From: a virus
Taxonomy: Duplodnaviria; Caudoviricetes
Virus record (IMG/VR): IMGVR_UViG_3300036770_007327
Location: 1,653-65,652 of that record
Direction: 5' to 3' (one strand)
DNA: 64,000 nucleotides
Shown here: positions 16,291 to 27,145 of the stretch, one piece after another
Layout: every line of letters starts with the position of its first letter
Numbering within the stretch: position 1 is the stretch's first letter
Notes under the pieces: model-generated
Databases searched by the model: none
Seen by the model: only the letters and a program-made list of their open reading frames with translations
What the model was told of the DNA's origin: nothing
Made by a program: the position numbers and the translations under genes

Positions 16291-19200
16291 ATGAACAATA
16301 CTATCAGCGTTATTAAGCGAAACGGCGACAAGGCCAAATTTGACGAGAAAAAGATTAGAGACACTGTAAAGCGCGCCTGTAAGAACCTTAAAAGCGTAGA
16401 TTCAAAGTTAGTTATATATAACGCAGAGGTTAAACTATACGACGGGGTCACCACAAAGGAAATTGATGAGTCCTTGATTAAATCTGCGCGTGCATTGGTC
16501 GAGGAAGACCCTGAATATAAGTATGTTGCTGCTCGATTGCTTCTTTTTACTATCTATAAATCCTGCTTCGGTCAAAGCACTGACGAGTCTGTGTTTGATA
16601 TGCAATATAAGGCTTGCTTTAAAACAAATCTCGATTCGCTTATTAAGGAAGGTATAGTAAATCCTGAGCTTAAGAAGTTTGATTTTAAACGTATCGTAGA
16701 AGCTCTTGACCCTTCTAGGGATGAGCTATTTGCGTTCGAAGGCCTTGCTGCTGTCGCTGAAAGATATCTCTTTAAAGTTAAGAATCGTATTCTTGAAACC
16801 CCGCAAGCTTGGCTTATGCGAGTCGCTATGGGACTTTCTATTGGAGAGAAAGAAGAAGAAAGAACAGATAGAGCCATTGAGTTCTATGAGATGCTTTCTA
16901 CTTTCTCTTATATGTGTTCTACCCCGACTCTTTTCTATTCCGGGTCGACTAAGAACCAGCTTAGTTCTTGCTTCTTAAATACCTTTGAAGATTCTATTTT
17001 TGGTATCTTTGATGGCTTACATCAAGAGGCTCAAAAGTCTAAGTTTGCTGGCGGTCTTGGTATGGATTTGACTCCATTCAGAGCAGGTAATGCGTACATT
17101 AACGGTACCAATGGATATACCCAGGGAGCTGTTTTCTTCTGGAAACTTTTCAATGATATGCTTGTAGCGGTAAACCAATGCTTTCCAGGCAATACAAAAG
17201 CAATTACACGAAATGGTATTAAATCTCTACAAAATATTGAAGCAGGTAATGATTATGTCTTAACAAAGAATGGGTGGCGGTTAGTAGAAGAATTATATTA
17301 TTACCCTAAAGATGGTAAGGAGCTTGTCGATATTAAGCTTAGACACGGATACGAGCCAGTGACTTCAACCAAGGGACATCCTTTCTATACCATTACTGGC
17401 CATCGAAGCGATGTCACTGGTCTTTGTAACAAAGAAGTACTTAAATTATTAGAGCGGGGAGAACAGAAAGTTGAATGGGTTGAAGCTAAAGATTTAAAGA
17501 TCAATCAATATATCGGTTTTCCTATCCCAACAGATACAGAACCTCATCGAGATTGGAAAGTTGAGGATGCTAAATTATACGGCCTCATACTTGGCGATGG
17601 CTGGGTAACTGAATCGAAGTCTGAGATGGGAATTTGTTTTAACTCTGAAACGAATATAGAGACAATTGAATTTGTTTTGAACTATTTAGATAAAAGGAAA
17701 ATTAATTATTGGGTTAATGATGGCAAACAGATTGAAGGTCTTAGTGATAAATATGTATCGTTTGTATGGTCCTATAAAAAGCATATTGATAAGATGCCTT
17801 TTAAATACGACGATATTTATTGCGAAAAAAGAAAAAAACGCATTAGCGGTAGATTATTAACTATGAGAAATGAGTTAATTCACCATATTATTGAGGGCTT
17901 AGTACTATCTGACGGTCATGTTCATTTTAATAAAGAAATAACGTTTTATAATAATAGCGAAGAACTTATAGACACAGTAAGATATCTCCTACTTAAAGTA
18001 GGGGTATTGTGTAGTGGAAATATAAACAAGGGTAAAATAAATGGTAATGCAAAATTAAAAGGTATCTGTAAGGTTAATTCTGATGATAGCTTTGTACTTA
18101 GAATACCTGCTTATGAAGAATTGGCCACGATTCTAGATATAACCCCCGTAACTAAAAAACATTGGCTAACATATAACGGAATGGTCTTTACTAGAATAAA
18201 AAGTATTTCATATTCTGCCCGAGATTTTCCTATTGATTTATACGATTTAAAGGTTAATGGTGAACCAAATTATACGTTAATATCGGGAGGATTAGTTCAT
18301 AATGGCGGCAAGCGTCGTGGGGCTGGTTGCGGCTATCTTGAAACTTGGCACTATGATATCGAAGACTTTATTGTTCTTAGAAAGAATGTGGGAGACGAAA
18401 GACGTCGAACCCATGATATGAATACCGCTAACTGGATTCCAGACTTGTTTATGAAGCAGGTAAACGTCGACGGGCCGTGGTATCTTTTCTCGCCTGACGA
18501 AACTCCTGACTTACACTCTCTCTTCGGTGCTGCGTTTGAAGCGAGATATTGGGATTATGTTGAGAAGGGCAAGCGCGGTGAGCTTAATCTCTTCAAAGAA
18601 GTAAAGGCTAAAGATCTTTGGAAAAAGATGCTCGCTATGCTTTTTGAAACCGGTCATCCCTGGATTACGTTTAAAGATCCTTGTAATGTAAGATATACTA
18701 ATCAGCATGTCGGGGTTGTTAACAGCTCGAACCTTTGCACTGAAATAACTCTCCATTCAAAGGCTACTCAATATGAGCCAAATAATAATAGAGCGATTAA
18801 AGAGTATGGTGAAACTGCTGTTTGTAATTTAGGTTCTATTAACTTAAAAGAGCATCTAATCAAGTTAGATGGAAAATATACAATCGATTATAATAAACTC
18901 GCTAAGACTATCAAAGCGGGCACGAGAATGCTTGATAACGTTATAGATATTAACTTCTACCCGACCCAAGAAGCTAAAAACTCTAACGTCAGGCATCGCC
19001 CGATCGGGATGGGGTCTATGGGCTGGCATGATTTGTTTATTGCTCTTGATATTAACTACGATTCAAACGAAGCAGTTGAGCTTAGTGATAAATTGTACGA
19101 ATTTATTTCTTATCATACTATTCTTGCGAGTAGTGAATTAGCTAAAGAGCGTGGCAAGTATAGCACTTATGAAGGGTCTCTTTGGAGCAAGAACATATTG

Positions 19201-19908
19201 CCGATTGATACATATAAGGAATTGGTAGCCTCGAGAATTAATAAAGCGGAAGATGACTACTTTATTAACAGAGGAGAAGAACTTGATTGGTCAGTTGTTA
19301 GGAATCATATTGAAGAATACGGTATGCGTAATTCGAATACAATGGCTATTGCCCCGACCGCTACTATTTCTCAAATCGTAGGATGTTCTTCTTGTACCGA
19401 GCCATACTTTAACGTATTGTTTGTTCGCTCTGTTTTAGGAGGAGACTTTACAGTTATTAACGAATGGTTTGTTAATGATATGAAGTCGAGAAATATCTGG
19501 AATCACAATATGATTACTAAGATTAAGCAGGTCGATGGAGACCTTTCCAGAATACCTGAGATACCAGCAGACATTGCTTCTAAGTATCGCGACGCATTTA
19601 ATATGGACCAGTTCCAATTGCTTAAAGCTGCGACAGCGAGAGGTAAATGGATTGATATGGGAATGTCGGTCAATCTTTTCAATAATAAAACTAGCACAAA
19701 GTATCTACACGAGCTTTATACCACTGCCTGGAATATTGGATTGAAGACCACCTACTACTTGAGAAATAAGAGTGCTTCTCAGGTAGAGAAGGCTTCTACT
19801 ACTTCTGTATCTAGCTTTGAACCTATGGCATTAGAATCTCTATCCGAAAGCGAGCTTGAAAGTAAGGTATGCCGCTTAGACGATCCAACTTGTGAATCTT
19901 GCCAATGA
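16291..19908 (+). CDS. nrdA: Class I ribonucleotide reductase alpha subunit with ATP cone and an intein
   Basis: VIKRNG cone, STPTL, QLSSCFL, SNLCTE, CNLGS, IAPTAT, GLKTTYY, C-terminal CESCQ. Confidence 0.97.
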   Translation: MNNTISVIKRNGDKAKFDEKKIRDTVKRACKNLKSVDSKLVIYNAEVKLYDGVTTKEIDESLIKSARALVEEDPEYKYVAARLLLFTIYKSCFGQSTDESVFDMQYKACFKTNLDSLIKEGIVNPELKKFDFKRIVEALDPSRDELFAFEGLAAVAERYLFKVKNRILETPQAWLMRVAMGLSIGEKEEERTDRAIEFYEMLSTFSYMCSTPTLFYSGSTKNQLSSCFLNTFEDSIFGIFDGLHQEAQKSKFAGGLGMDLTPFRAGNAYINGTNGYTQGAVFFWKLFNDMLVAVNQCFPGNTKAITRNGIKSLQNIEAGNDYVLTKNGWRLVEELYYYPKDGKELVDIKLRHGYEPVTSTKGHPFYTITGHRSDVTGLCNKEVLKLLERGEQKVEWVEAKDLKINQYIGFPIPTDTEPHRDWKVEDAKLYGLILGDGWVTESKSEMGICFNSETNIETIEFVLNYLDKRKINYWVNDGKQIEGLSDKYVSFVWSYKKHIDKMPFKYDDIYCEKRKKRISGRLLTMRNELIHHIIEGLVLSDGHVHFNKEITFYNNSEELIDTVRYLLLKVGVLCSGNINKGKINGNAKLKGICKVNSDDSFVLRIPAYEELATILDITPVTKKHWLTYNGMVFTRIKSISYSARDFPIDLYDLKVNGEPNYTLISGGLVHNGGKRRGAGCGYLETWHYDIEDFIVLRKNVGDERRRTHDMNTANWIPDLFMKQVNVDGPWYLFSPDETPDLHSLFGAAFEARYWDYVEKGKRGELNLFKEVKAKDLWKKMLAMLFETGHPWITFKDPCNVRYTNQHVGVVNSSNLCTEITLHSKATQYEPNNNRAIKEYGETAVCNLGSINLKEHLIKLDGKYTIDYNKLAKTIKAGTRMLDNVIDINFYPTQEAKNSNVRHRPIGMGSMGWHDLFIALDINYDSNEAVELSDKLYEFISYHTILASSELAKERGKYSTYEGSLWSKNILPIDTYKELVASRINKAEDDYFINRGEELDWSVVRNHIEEYGMRNSNTMAIAPTATISQIVGCSSCTEPYFNVLFVRSVLGGDFTVINEWFVNDMKSRNIWNHNMITKIKQVDGDLSRIPEIPADIASKYRDAFNMDQFQLLKAATARGKWIDMGMSVNLFNNKTSTKYLHELYTTAWNIGLKTTYYLRNKSASQVEKASTTSVSSFEPMALESLSESELESKVCRLDDPTCESCQ
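17179..18303 (+). mobile_element. 375-aa intein with LAGLIDADG endonuclease; +1 residue is Gly
   Basis: AVNQ|CFPGNT...T.GHPF...LYGLILGDG...IEGLVLSDG...YDL.V...LVHN|GGKRRGA. Confidence 0.93.
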
Positions 19909-20129
19909 AAACTTTTCACAAACATGAACTAAATAAGCTTACAGATTTGCAAAAAGCATTTCTATTATTAATCGTTGAAAAATATACTGGTAATAAATAT
20001 TCAGATTTATCCTTTATAAGACGAGATGTACTAGGAGCAATGCTTAATGATGTTCAGGATAAGATAACAAAAAAAGGCTTTAAACAATTACAAAATATAA
20101 TCAAAAAATTAAATTATGAAAACAGGTAA
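19905..20129 (+). CDS. Hypothetical protein
   Basis: ATGA overlap with the nrdA stop. Confidence 0.6.
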   Translation: MKTFHKHELNKLTDLQKAFLLLIVEKYTGNKYSDLSFIRRDVLGAMLNDVQDKITKKGFKQLQNIIKKLNYENR

Positions 20130-21117
20130 ACTATTCGGAGATGTAAAAGAGGGGGTAAATCAAATTTTACCACACGTAAATAAATGGGCTTGGGACCTTT
20201 ACAAGAAGGGCAAAAATAACCATTGGAATCCAGAAGATATCGCAATGACCAGAGATATTCAAAACTGGTCTAACGGGACGCTCAGTGAGGATGAAAAACT
20301 CGTTGTAAAGCGTTGTCTCGGCTTCTTTGCCGGGTCTGAATCACTAGTAGGTAATAATCTTGTTACTCTTTTCGGATATATTACTGATCCGGAATGTAGG
20401 CAATATTTATCACGTCAAATATGGGAAGAGTGTCTACACAATGATACCATTGTATATATGTGTGATTCTATTCAAGATTTAAAGATTGAAGAAATCTATG
20501 AAGCATATAGCAATATACCTGCTATTGCCGCTAAGGATAACTTCTTGATGGAAGTGACAAGACGTATCAATACCAAGAATATTGATTCTTCTACTATCAG
20601 AGGCAAGCAAGATATTATTAGAACAAGCTTTCTTTATTGGATTATCTGTGAAGGGACCTTTTTCTTCTCTGGATTTGCTATGCTCCTCGCTCTTAAAAAT
20701 AAGCTTCCCGGCATTGGGGAACAAATTGAATATACATTGAGAGATGAATCATTACATATTCAATTTGGAACACAGCTTATTAGAACGGCTATCGAGCAAT
20801 ACCCGGAGATATGGACCGAAGAGTTTCAAGAAGAGTTAATTGGATACGTTAAGCAGGCTGTTGAGTTAGAAGTTCAATACGCTAAAGATGTTCTTCCTCG
20901 CGGCATCTTGGGGTTAAATTCTAAGATGTTCTTAGAATACATGCAATATATCGGCAATCGTAGATTAGAAGCGGTTGGATTGAATTATAGATTTGAAAAC
21001 GATAAGAATCCTTTTGATTTCTTGTCTGAAGTTCAAGACCTTATTAAAGCTAAGAACTTTTTTGAAACTAGAGTTATTGATTATCAGTCCGCTGGTGCCC
21101 TGGATGACGATTTCTAA
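20116..21117 (+). CDS. nrdB: Ribonucleotide reductase beta subunit, class Ic-like
   Basis: FFAGSESLVGNN, EECLH, EGTFFFSGF, DESLH, KNFFETRV. Confidence 0.95.
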   Translation: MKTGKLFGDVKEGVNQILPHVNKWAWDLYKKGKNNHWNPEDIAMTRDIQNWSNGTLSEDEKLVVKRCLGFFAGSESLVGNNLVTLFGYITDPECRQYLSRQIWEECLHNDTIVYMCDSIQDLKIEEIYEAYSNIPAIAAKDNFLMEVTRRINTKNIDSSTIRGKQDIIRTSFLYWIICEGTFFFSGFAMLLALKNKLPGIGEQIEYTLRDESLHIQFGTQLIRTAIEQYPEIWTEEFQEELIGYVKQAVELEVQYAKDVLPRGILGLNSKMFLEYMQYIGNRRLEAVGLNYRFENDKNPFDFLSEVQDLIKAKNFFETRVIDYQSAGALDDDF

Positions 21118-21139
21118 TACAAAATGACTAAATATATAT

Positions 21140-21373
21140 ATGAACTCCGGTGTAGCATCTAAACTTACATTATATATACTTATATCATGTATAACAGCAT
21201 ATATAAGCGAGTTTAACAATATTACATTAGTAGACTTGCAAATGCTTGATCCCCTACAATGGACAACTAAAGTAATCAGTATACTCCTACCCGGCCTCAT
21301 TACATGGCGAGCATTTATAGACCAATCCATCACAACCAGCGATATCATTAACGATAAAAGCGACAACCTTTAA
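21140..21373 (+). CDS. Small two-TM protein, holin-like
   Basis: Two hydrophobic segments; TAAATA upstream. Confidence 0.5.
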   Translation: MNSGVASKLTLYILISCITAYISEFNNITLVDLQMLDPLQWTTKVISILLPGLITWRAFIDQSITTSDIINDKSDNL

Positions 21374-21379
21374 TTTTTT

Positions 21380-21997
21380 ATGGCAAATCCAATAGAAGAC
21401 AAACAAGCTAAGCAATCTGAGCCCAATATCAAAATATTCTTAGATGATTTAGATAATAAAACTATACTCTTTTATGAGGAGATAGATGACATTTCAGCTC
21501 TACATGCAAATAGATTGTTGTTGAGTATTGATAAAAAGCTTTACAAAAAGTATTTGAATAAGCAATCTGAAGTCGATAGGTATAACGGCAAGGTTAGCCG
21601 CCCTATTATTAACCTTAGGATTCACTCTCAAGGGGGAGATGTTTTTTCTGCTCTATCTATTATTGATGTAATCAACCAACTTAACTGCGACGTTCATACG
21701 TATATCGATGGATGCGCTGCCTCTGGAGCAGCGATGATTGCCCTCCATGGCAAAAAGCGATTTATAGGGAAGAATAGTTTTATGCTTCTACACCAACTTC
21801 GCGGTTCTCAGTCTGGCAAATTTGAGGACATGCAAGATGAAATCAAGAATAGTGAAAAAATAATGCAACTTATTCGCGAAATGGTTAAGGAGAAGAGCAA
21901 GATTGAGCCAAAAGAAATTGATGAAATCTTAAAACACGAATGGTGGCTTACCTCTAAAGAATGTCTCGAATATGGTCTTATTGATGTAATAAAATAA
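21380..21997 (+). CDS. ClpP-like (S14) serine protease
   Basis: IHSQGGDV, G.AASGA, MLLHQ, GLID. Confidence 0.9.
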   Translation: MANPIEDKQAKQSEPNIKIFLDDLDNKTILFYEEIDDISALHANRLLLSIDKKLYKKYLNKQSEVDRYNGKVSRPIINLRIHSQGGDVFSALSIIDVINQLNCDVHTYIDGCAASGAAMIALHGKKRFIGKNSFMLLHQLRGSQSGKFEDMQDEIKNSEKIMQLIREMVKEKSKIEPKEIDEILKHEWWLTSKECLEYGLIDVIK

Positions 21998-22031
21998 TTT
22001 GATTTTATTTTTTTATATCATATATTAGTAT

Positions 22032-22994
22032 ATGCCTAGATACTATTGTTATAGAGATATTAGTCTTATACCCAGCCTTGGTAATATTGGTTCCCGTTCT
22101 GAAGCGGATACCTGGCAAACTTTTCTTGATAGAGAGTTTAGAATGCCAGTGTGCCCTTCGAATATGAAATGCACCATTGACGCAGATATTGCTAAAAGGC
22201 TTTCTGCTGATGGCTATTTCTATATAATGCATCGATTCGACCACGATCAATTTGATTTTGTGGAAAAGGCGCAGAACTGGGATTTTATTTCTATATCAAT
22301 AGGGGTAAAGCCTGAAGACATTGACCTTATTAAAAAAATAGCAGCCACATCTCTAAAGGTACACGCTATCACGATTGATGTCGCTCACGGTCATCACCCC
22401 TGGGTGAGGCAAATGGTTAAAACTATTAACTCTCATTTAGGATCGCGAGGCGTAAAAATAATCGCGGGAAATGTCGCTACAGCAGAGGGGGCTAAATATC
22501 TCTATGATTCAGGGGCAGATGCTGTAAAGGTTGGTATCGGTCAAGGAATGGCTTGTACTACAAAAGATAAAACCGGTTTTACATTGCCTATGTTTTCCTG
22601 TATTCGTAATATCTACGAGCAATATCCCCAGATACCTCTCATTGCTGATGGCGGTGTTAGATGTAATGGAGATATTGCCAAGGCATTGGTCGCGGGAGCG
22701 GATATGATAATGGCGGGAGGTACTTTTGCTCAATTATCTGATAGCCCTGCTAAGTTAATAACTGGCGCGGATGGTAAAAAATATAAAGAGTATTATGGTT
22801 CAGCTTCTTATCACAACAAAGGCCATATGAAAAATATTGAAGGCACCTTAGTATGTATTCCCGCAGAGTTTGCTTCATATAAAGATAAACTCGAAGAAAT
22901 GAAACAAGACTTACAGAGTTCGATATCTTATAGCGGCAAAAAGAATATAAAAAATAAGTCCCTTGCTTCTACTAAGTGGGCTGTTGTTAGGTAG
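22032..22994 (+). CDS. guaC: GMP reductase
   Basis: SNM, MHRF, IDVAHGH, AGNVAT, KVGIG.G.ACTT, IADGG, YYGSAS, LQSSISY. Confidence 0.92.
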   Translation: MPRYYCYRDISLIPSLGNIGSRSEADTWQTFLDREFRMPVCPSNMKCTIDADIAKRLSADGYFYIMHRFDHDQFDFVEKAQNWDFISISIGVKPEDIDLIKKIAATSLKVHAITIDVAHGHHPWVRQMVKTINSHLGSRGVKIIAGNVATAEGAKYLYDSGADAVKVGIGQGMACTTKDKTGFTLPMFSCIRNIYEQYPQIPLIADGGVRCNGDIAKALVAGADMIMAGGTFAQLSDSPAKLITGADGKKYKEYYGSASYHNKGHMKNIEGTLVCIPAEFASYKDKLEEMKQDLQSSISYSGKKNIKNKSLASTKWAVVR

Positions 22995-25749
22995 TAGCAG
23001 AGCGTATATCGTCTTGATTACCGACCCCGTCTCCTGTTATATTCGGGTGAGACGAGTTATTATTTGAGATTTTTCTCGCTTCCTGTTGGGCGTATTGTTG
23101 AATAACTTTATGGCTTTTCGATTCACCATACTCCTTAACTAATACCTTCGCGGGCCTTGATCCTTTTGATATGCCTCTTACCTCAGGGTAATTCTCTACA
23201 TCTCTTGCTTCTGCTATAACATCTTGAGGGGTAGATCGTAACGATAGGGGTAAATTCTTAAATTGGTGAGCGTGTGCTTCGAGCTCCACAGCGGTAATTC
23301 TATTAGTACCTTTAACGGGCACATCTGAATTTGGTACGCCCGTTACCGCGGATACGTCTCGCGATGCCCCGAAGCCAGTGAACGGCTTTTGTACATATTC
23401 ATCGATATCTGGATTGTATTCATATTCCGGCGGCACTCCGTAAGATACCCCGCTCGGATTCCAAGCCTTAACTCTAACGAACAGTTCGCCGAGAGATGAG
23501 GGCGCCTGGCCCTGACCGGAATACCCAGCAGCAATATTAACTATATCCACACAATCCTGTACCGTAAGCTTAGCCAACACCCTACCTTCAGGAATTGAAC
23601 CTACTGTATCTTGCTCTCTCGACCAGCCTCTTAGTTGATACGTTTGGTCTGTAGTTTGAATTTCCGCGGGAGCGGTAACGTGCTGAAGATATAACTCTCC
23701 ATTTACTATAGCACTGCCCCCAACGGTGATATTATTCTCCACCCCTACAGAGCCCCCCAGAGCGATTTGCTTACTCTTAGATTGTCTTAACGATAATATG
23801 TCAGCTGTTATAGTTAGAGACTTGCCCGCGTCAATAGACATACTACCTGCGGTTGTAAGTTCTACCAAATGTAGCCCGGATACCTTTGTTGTGACTCCAG
23901 CAATTTCACTTACCCCTGTTGTCCTTAAAATAATGCCCCCAGACCCCGCATCAATATTAAACTTATTACCGCAAGATATGGTATAGTTACCGCAAGGAAA
24001 ATTACTGTCATTACCAGTATATTCTACGAGATTGGTTTGTTTATATATAGACGATGCCCCATTATCTCCTTGAACAACTCCAGCAAAGACTATACCCCCA
24101 ATTGGGTCAACGCGAACAGCGGGAAAATCATTACTCACAGCGCCCACCCGCATATAATAATCTTTTGTTATTTCTACGCTTTGGTCTCCTCCGTTGCCTT
24201 CATTTTTCAATACATCGTCGAGTTTTTTATTTATCTCGATTAGTTTATTTTTAATTTCCGTAACAGATGTACCTTCGGTACGATTAAACGACCCCCCAGC
24301 GGTCGAAGGGCTTCTATCGACGGACGATCTTGTATCCCATCCAACCTTATTGGCATTCGTTCTATAGTTTCCACTCGAAGACCACGCTTGCTTATTTTCC
24401 TTTATCGGAGGACGCTCGCCGCCCTTGAGGCCAAGTTGACCCTTTACATTAAGTTGTTTTATATTGCTATACGATGCTGTTTCTGGGGGTATTGCGAGGC
24501 CGGTAGGATTGCTTTTTGCCGCGGCTCTAACCTCCTTAGGGGTAAGAGTTTTAATAGATTTTATCGACGTTGATGTCTTACTACCCCCACCTGCTGTATA
24601 TAAGTTTGGATTTGGTCTGCGTTGACTCTCATCTATTTTTTCTCTATGATTACCATATATAGAGTTAGTAAGGTCGGTCCCAAGAGTTCTCTCTGTCTTA
24701 AATTTGGATAGGATAGCCGCCCTTTCTGCTATTACCTCTTTCGCTTTTTTATATACCTCATGATTTCTACTGCCTGTTCTAACAGAGAAAGATTGGTCGC
24801 ATACAATATTATAATTTTTATACGACCTTATTATAGTATCCCCTTTTATGGTTTTAAATTCATCCCCTAATATAAATTCACTACTCTTGCCATGTATCAT
24901 TTGTTTATACCCGGAATTATCCATTTGTATAAACGAGCCGTCGCGGTGAGATATATTTATCTTGGGAAAATAGTCTGTACCGGTAAATGATAAAGCGCCT
25001 GCTCTACTATTAAATATGAGTTTTTCTCTAAGTAGTTGCTCACCTTCTTCCTTATTATTTTCAAAATTATTAGGATAATCTATCCCGCGGAATCCCTCAT
25101 TATCGGCCCCGTAAAGACTTTTCCACTCAGATGAACTATAGTGATATCCGAAATATACCGGAAGGTCCCATTCCCCGTTTTCAAAAAATACCCAAACAAG
25201 AGAGCCCACGCTTGGTATAGAAAACATCCCCTTAGCCTGATTAGAGTATAACTCAGGCATCATCGCGTTATTATCAGGGTCAGTAGTCGGGGTAACAGGT
25301 ATATTATTTATTGTTTCATCCTTAGTATGTCCCGCGGAGAGTATAAAATCACTTTGCTGTAAAGTAAATCCAGCAGACTTAGGATCATTTATTGGCTGCT
25401 CCCCGGCTTTTAACTTTTCAGCAAACTCTAATCTCTGTATAGGATTATCTACTGTGGTTACTGTATGGTTTTGAGGATTATATGAAGAACTTGCCCCAGA
25501 TCCAATAAGAGGGGATATTTGCCGAGCCCAAGGAAGTATATTCTTTAATTTTTGTATAACTTGCGCAGGTAATGTAGAAAAATCTTTGAAATCTATTTTT
25601 ATGTTTGCGTCTTCTTTATCTATCTCCTCAGGGATTCCCGCGAGGGTAGGCATTAAAGTTGGGATGAATATCTTTACTTTGCCTGCTCTGTCCGGGTCAT
25701 TATTTTGAACAACGTACCCTAAGTAAAATCCTGTGTATTTTTTGTGCAT
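22987..25749 (-). CDS. Baseplate hub / spike protein (gp5/VgrG-like OB fold)
   Basis: G.VVQNNDPDRAGKVK...PWA...IP.VGS.VWVFFENG...PVYFG; beta-helix-like repeats. Confidence 0.8.
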   Translation of the reverse strand: MHKKYTGFYLGYVVQNNDPDRAGKVKIFIPTLMPTLAGIPEEIDKEDANIKIDFKDFSTLPAQVIQKLKNILPWARQISPLIGSGASSSYNPQNHTVTTVDNPIQRLEFAEKLKAGEQPINDPKSAGFTLQQSDFILSAGHTKDETINNIPVTPTTDPDNNAMMPELYSNQAKGMFSIPSVGSLVWVFFENGEWDLPVYFGYHYSSSEWKSLYGADNEGFRGIDYPNNFENNKEEGEQLLREKLIFNSRAGALSFTGTDYFPKINISHRDGSFIQMDNSGYKQMIHGKSSEFILGDEFKTIKGDTIIRSYKNYNIVCDQSFSVRTGSRNHEVYKKAKEVIAERAAILSKFKTERTLGTDLTNSIYGNHREKIDESQRRPNPNLYTAGGGSKTSTSIKSIKTLTPKEVRAAAKSNPTGLAIPPETASYSNIKQLNVKGQLGLKGGERPPIKENKQAWSSSGNYRTNANKVGWDTRSSVDRSPSTAGGSFNRTEGTSVTEIKNKLIEINKKLDDVLKNEGNGGDQSVEITKDYYMRVGAVSNDFPAVRVDPIGGIVFAGVVQGDNGASSIYKQTNLVEYTGNDSNFPCGNYTISCGNKFNIDAGSGGIILRTTGVSEIAGVTTKVSGLHLVELTTAGSMSIDAGKSLTITADILSLRQSKSKQIALGGSVGVENNITVGGSAIVNGELYLQHVTAPAEIQTTDQTYQLRGWSREQDTVGSIPEGRVLAKLTVQDCVDIVNIAAGYSGQGQAPSSLGELFVRVKAWNPSGVSYGVPPEYEYNPDIDEYVQKPFTGFGASRDVSAVTGVPNSDVPVKGTNRITAVELEAHAHQFKNLPLSLRSTPQDVIAEARDVENYPEVRGISKGSRPAKVLVKEYGESKSHKVIQQYAQQEARKISNNNSSHPNITGDGVGNQDDIRSATT

Positions 25750-25750
25750 T

Positions 25751-26293
25751 TTATTTCAAAAGTTCTTTTACTGTCTGTAAATTTTTTGACGCGCTTTCAT
25801 TAGTATTATTGATATAATTGGTAATATTGGAATACCGCTCAGCCTCTTCTTGTAATATTTTATATATATCTGTTTTACTTTCTACTGCGTTTGGGTCTCT
25901 CTTGAAGCTATATATTTCTTTTGCTGTAGATCCCGCATATACATTATCTATTTCTTTTGATACTCTATATTCTACTCTACTCGCTGCGGAAGATATAGCG
26001 TCTCGCTGTTTAGTGCTTGATATATACTCGCTAGTGCTCAGAGATGCTTCTTGAGAGCTTTTTACTAAATTACTAGCAATTACATCCTCTTTAATATTTT
26101 CAACAGCGTTCTTTTTTACCGCTACATATACTACAGCTTCTTTTGCTGTAGGGTCAATATTATTTTTGTTTTTAATAATTTTAGAGACTATTCTGGTTGA
26201 CTCATCAGCCTGCTCGTTAAGAGGCTTCTCGTTTGTAAAAACGAGCAGTTTATTATTTTCCTGAACTAGTTGCTCAAAAATATTATTTGACAT
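25751..26293 (-). CDS. Hypothetical protein
   Basis: ORF adjacent to hub gene; TAAATA upstream. Confidence 0.7.
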   Translation of the reverse strand: MSNNIFEQLVQENNKLLVFTNEKPLNEQADESTRIVSKIIKNKNNIDPTAKEAVVYVAVKKNAVENIKEDVIASNLVKSSQEASLSTSEYISSTKQRDAISSAASRVEYRVSKEIDNVYAGSTAKEIYSFKRDPNAVESKTDIYKILQEEAERYSNITNYINNTNESASKNLQTVKELLK

Positions 26294-26341
26294 TTATTAT
26301 ATTTAATGTTGAAATCCTCGTTTTCCAGTATATATTGTATT

Positions 26342-27145
26342 ATGAATATATTGATCGCTCATGAAGCGCCCATCGCTCTTATGGAAGAAGTGCAACAGCA
26401 TACTGACTATGATTATGCTCTTGTTCATCATTTTGAACACTACGAAAACTATTTTAACTTCTTTAAGAGAGGTATTGCTAACGGTAGAGAGGTAATTCTT
26501 GATAATAGTATATTTGAACTCAAGACTGCATTTAATCCTGAAAAATATATAGAATGGATTGAAAAACTCCAACCGACCTTTTATATTGTACCTGATGTTC
26601 TTGAAGATGGTTATCAAACTATCGATAACTATATGAACTGGGTTGATAATCATAGCAACTTACCTGGCATCGCTATGGGTACTATCCAGGGTAATAATTA
26701 TCATGAAATTGCGGATTGCTATAGGGCAATGTCTCTTCATTGCCCGTATATTGCCATTTCTTTTGATATGGAGTATTATGATATTACCGGGGTCGGTAGA
26801 CAGAGAGCGGAGCGTAGATGTGATGGCAGAAAGAGACTTGTAAAGCAATTGATCGCAGATGGTTTATGGAATTGGGATAAACCTCACCATTTACTAGGCT
26901 GCTCTCTCGCAAAAGAATTCTCTTTCTACAAGCATAATAATATTTACAATATTCGTTCTATCGATACCTCTAACCCGGTAATCGCTGGTATCCAAGGAAT
27001 GAAATATACTAGCGATTTTGGCTTACCTGAGGAGATTCATCTTGCTGATAAGGCAAACGAGATTTTTAATAAGGAAGATTTTAGTGTAGATCAGATACAA
27101 CTAATTAAAGAGAATATTTGGTCGTTCTTAGATATTGTTAAATGA
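26342..27145 (+). CDS. TGT-fold DpdA-like deazaguanine transglycosylase
   Basis: ILDNS.FE, VPDV, .QG, HHLLG, RSIDTSNP motifs; operon with queF. Confidence 0.7.
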   Translation: MNILIAHEAPIALMEEVQQHTDYDYALVHHFEHYENYFNFFKRGIANGREVILDNSIFELKTAFNPEKYIEWIEKLQPTFYIVPDVLEDGYQTIDNYMNWVDNHSNLPGIAMGTIQGNNYHEIADCYRAMSLHCPYIAISFDMEYYDITGVGRQRAERRCDGRKRLVKQLIADGLWNWDKPHHLLGCSLAKEFSFYKHNNIYNIRSIDTSNPVIAGIQGMKYTSDFGLPEEIHLADKANEIFNKEDFSVDQIQLIKENIWSFLDIVK

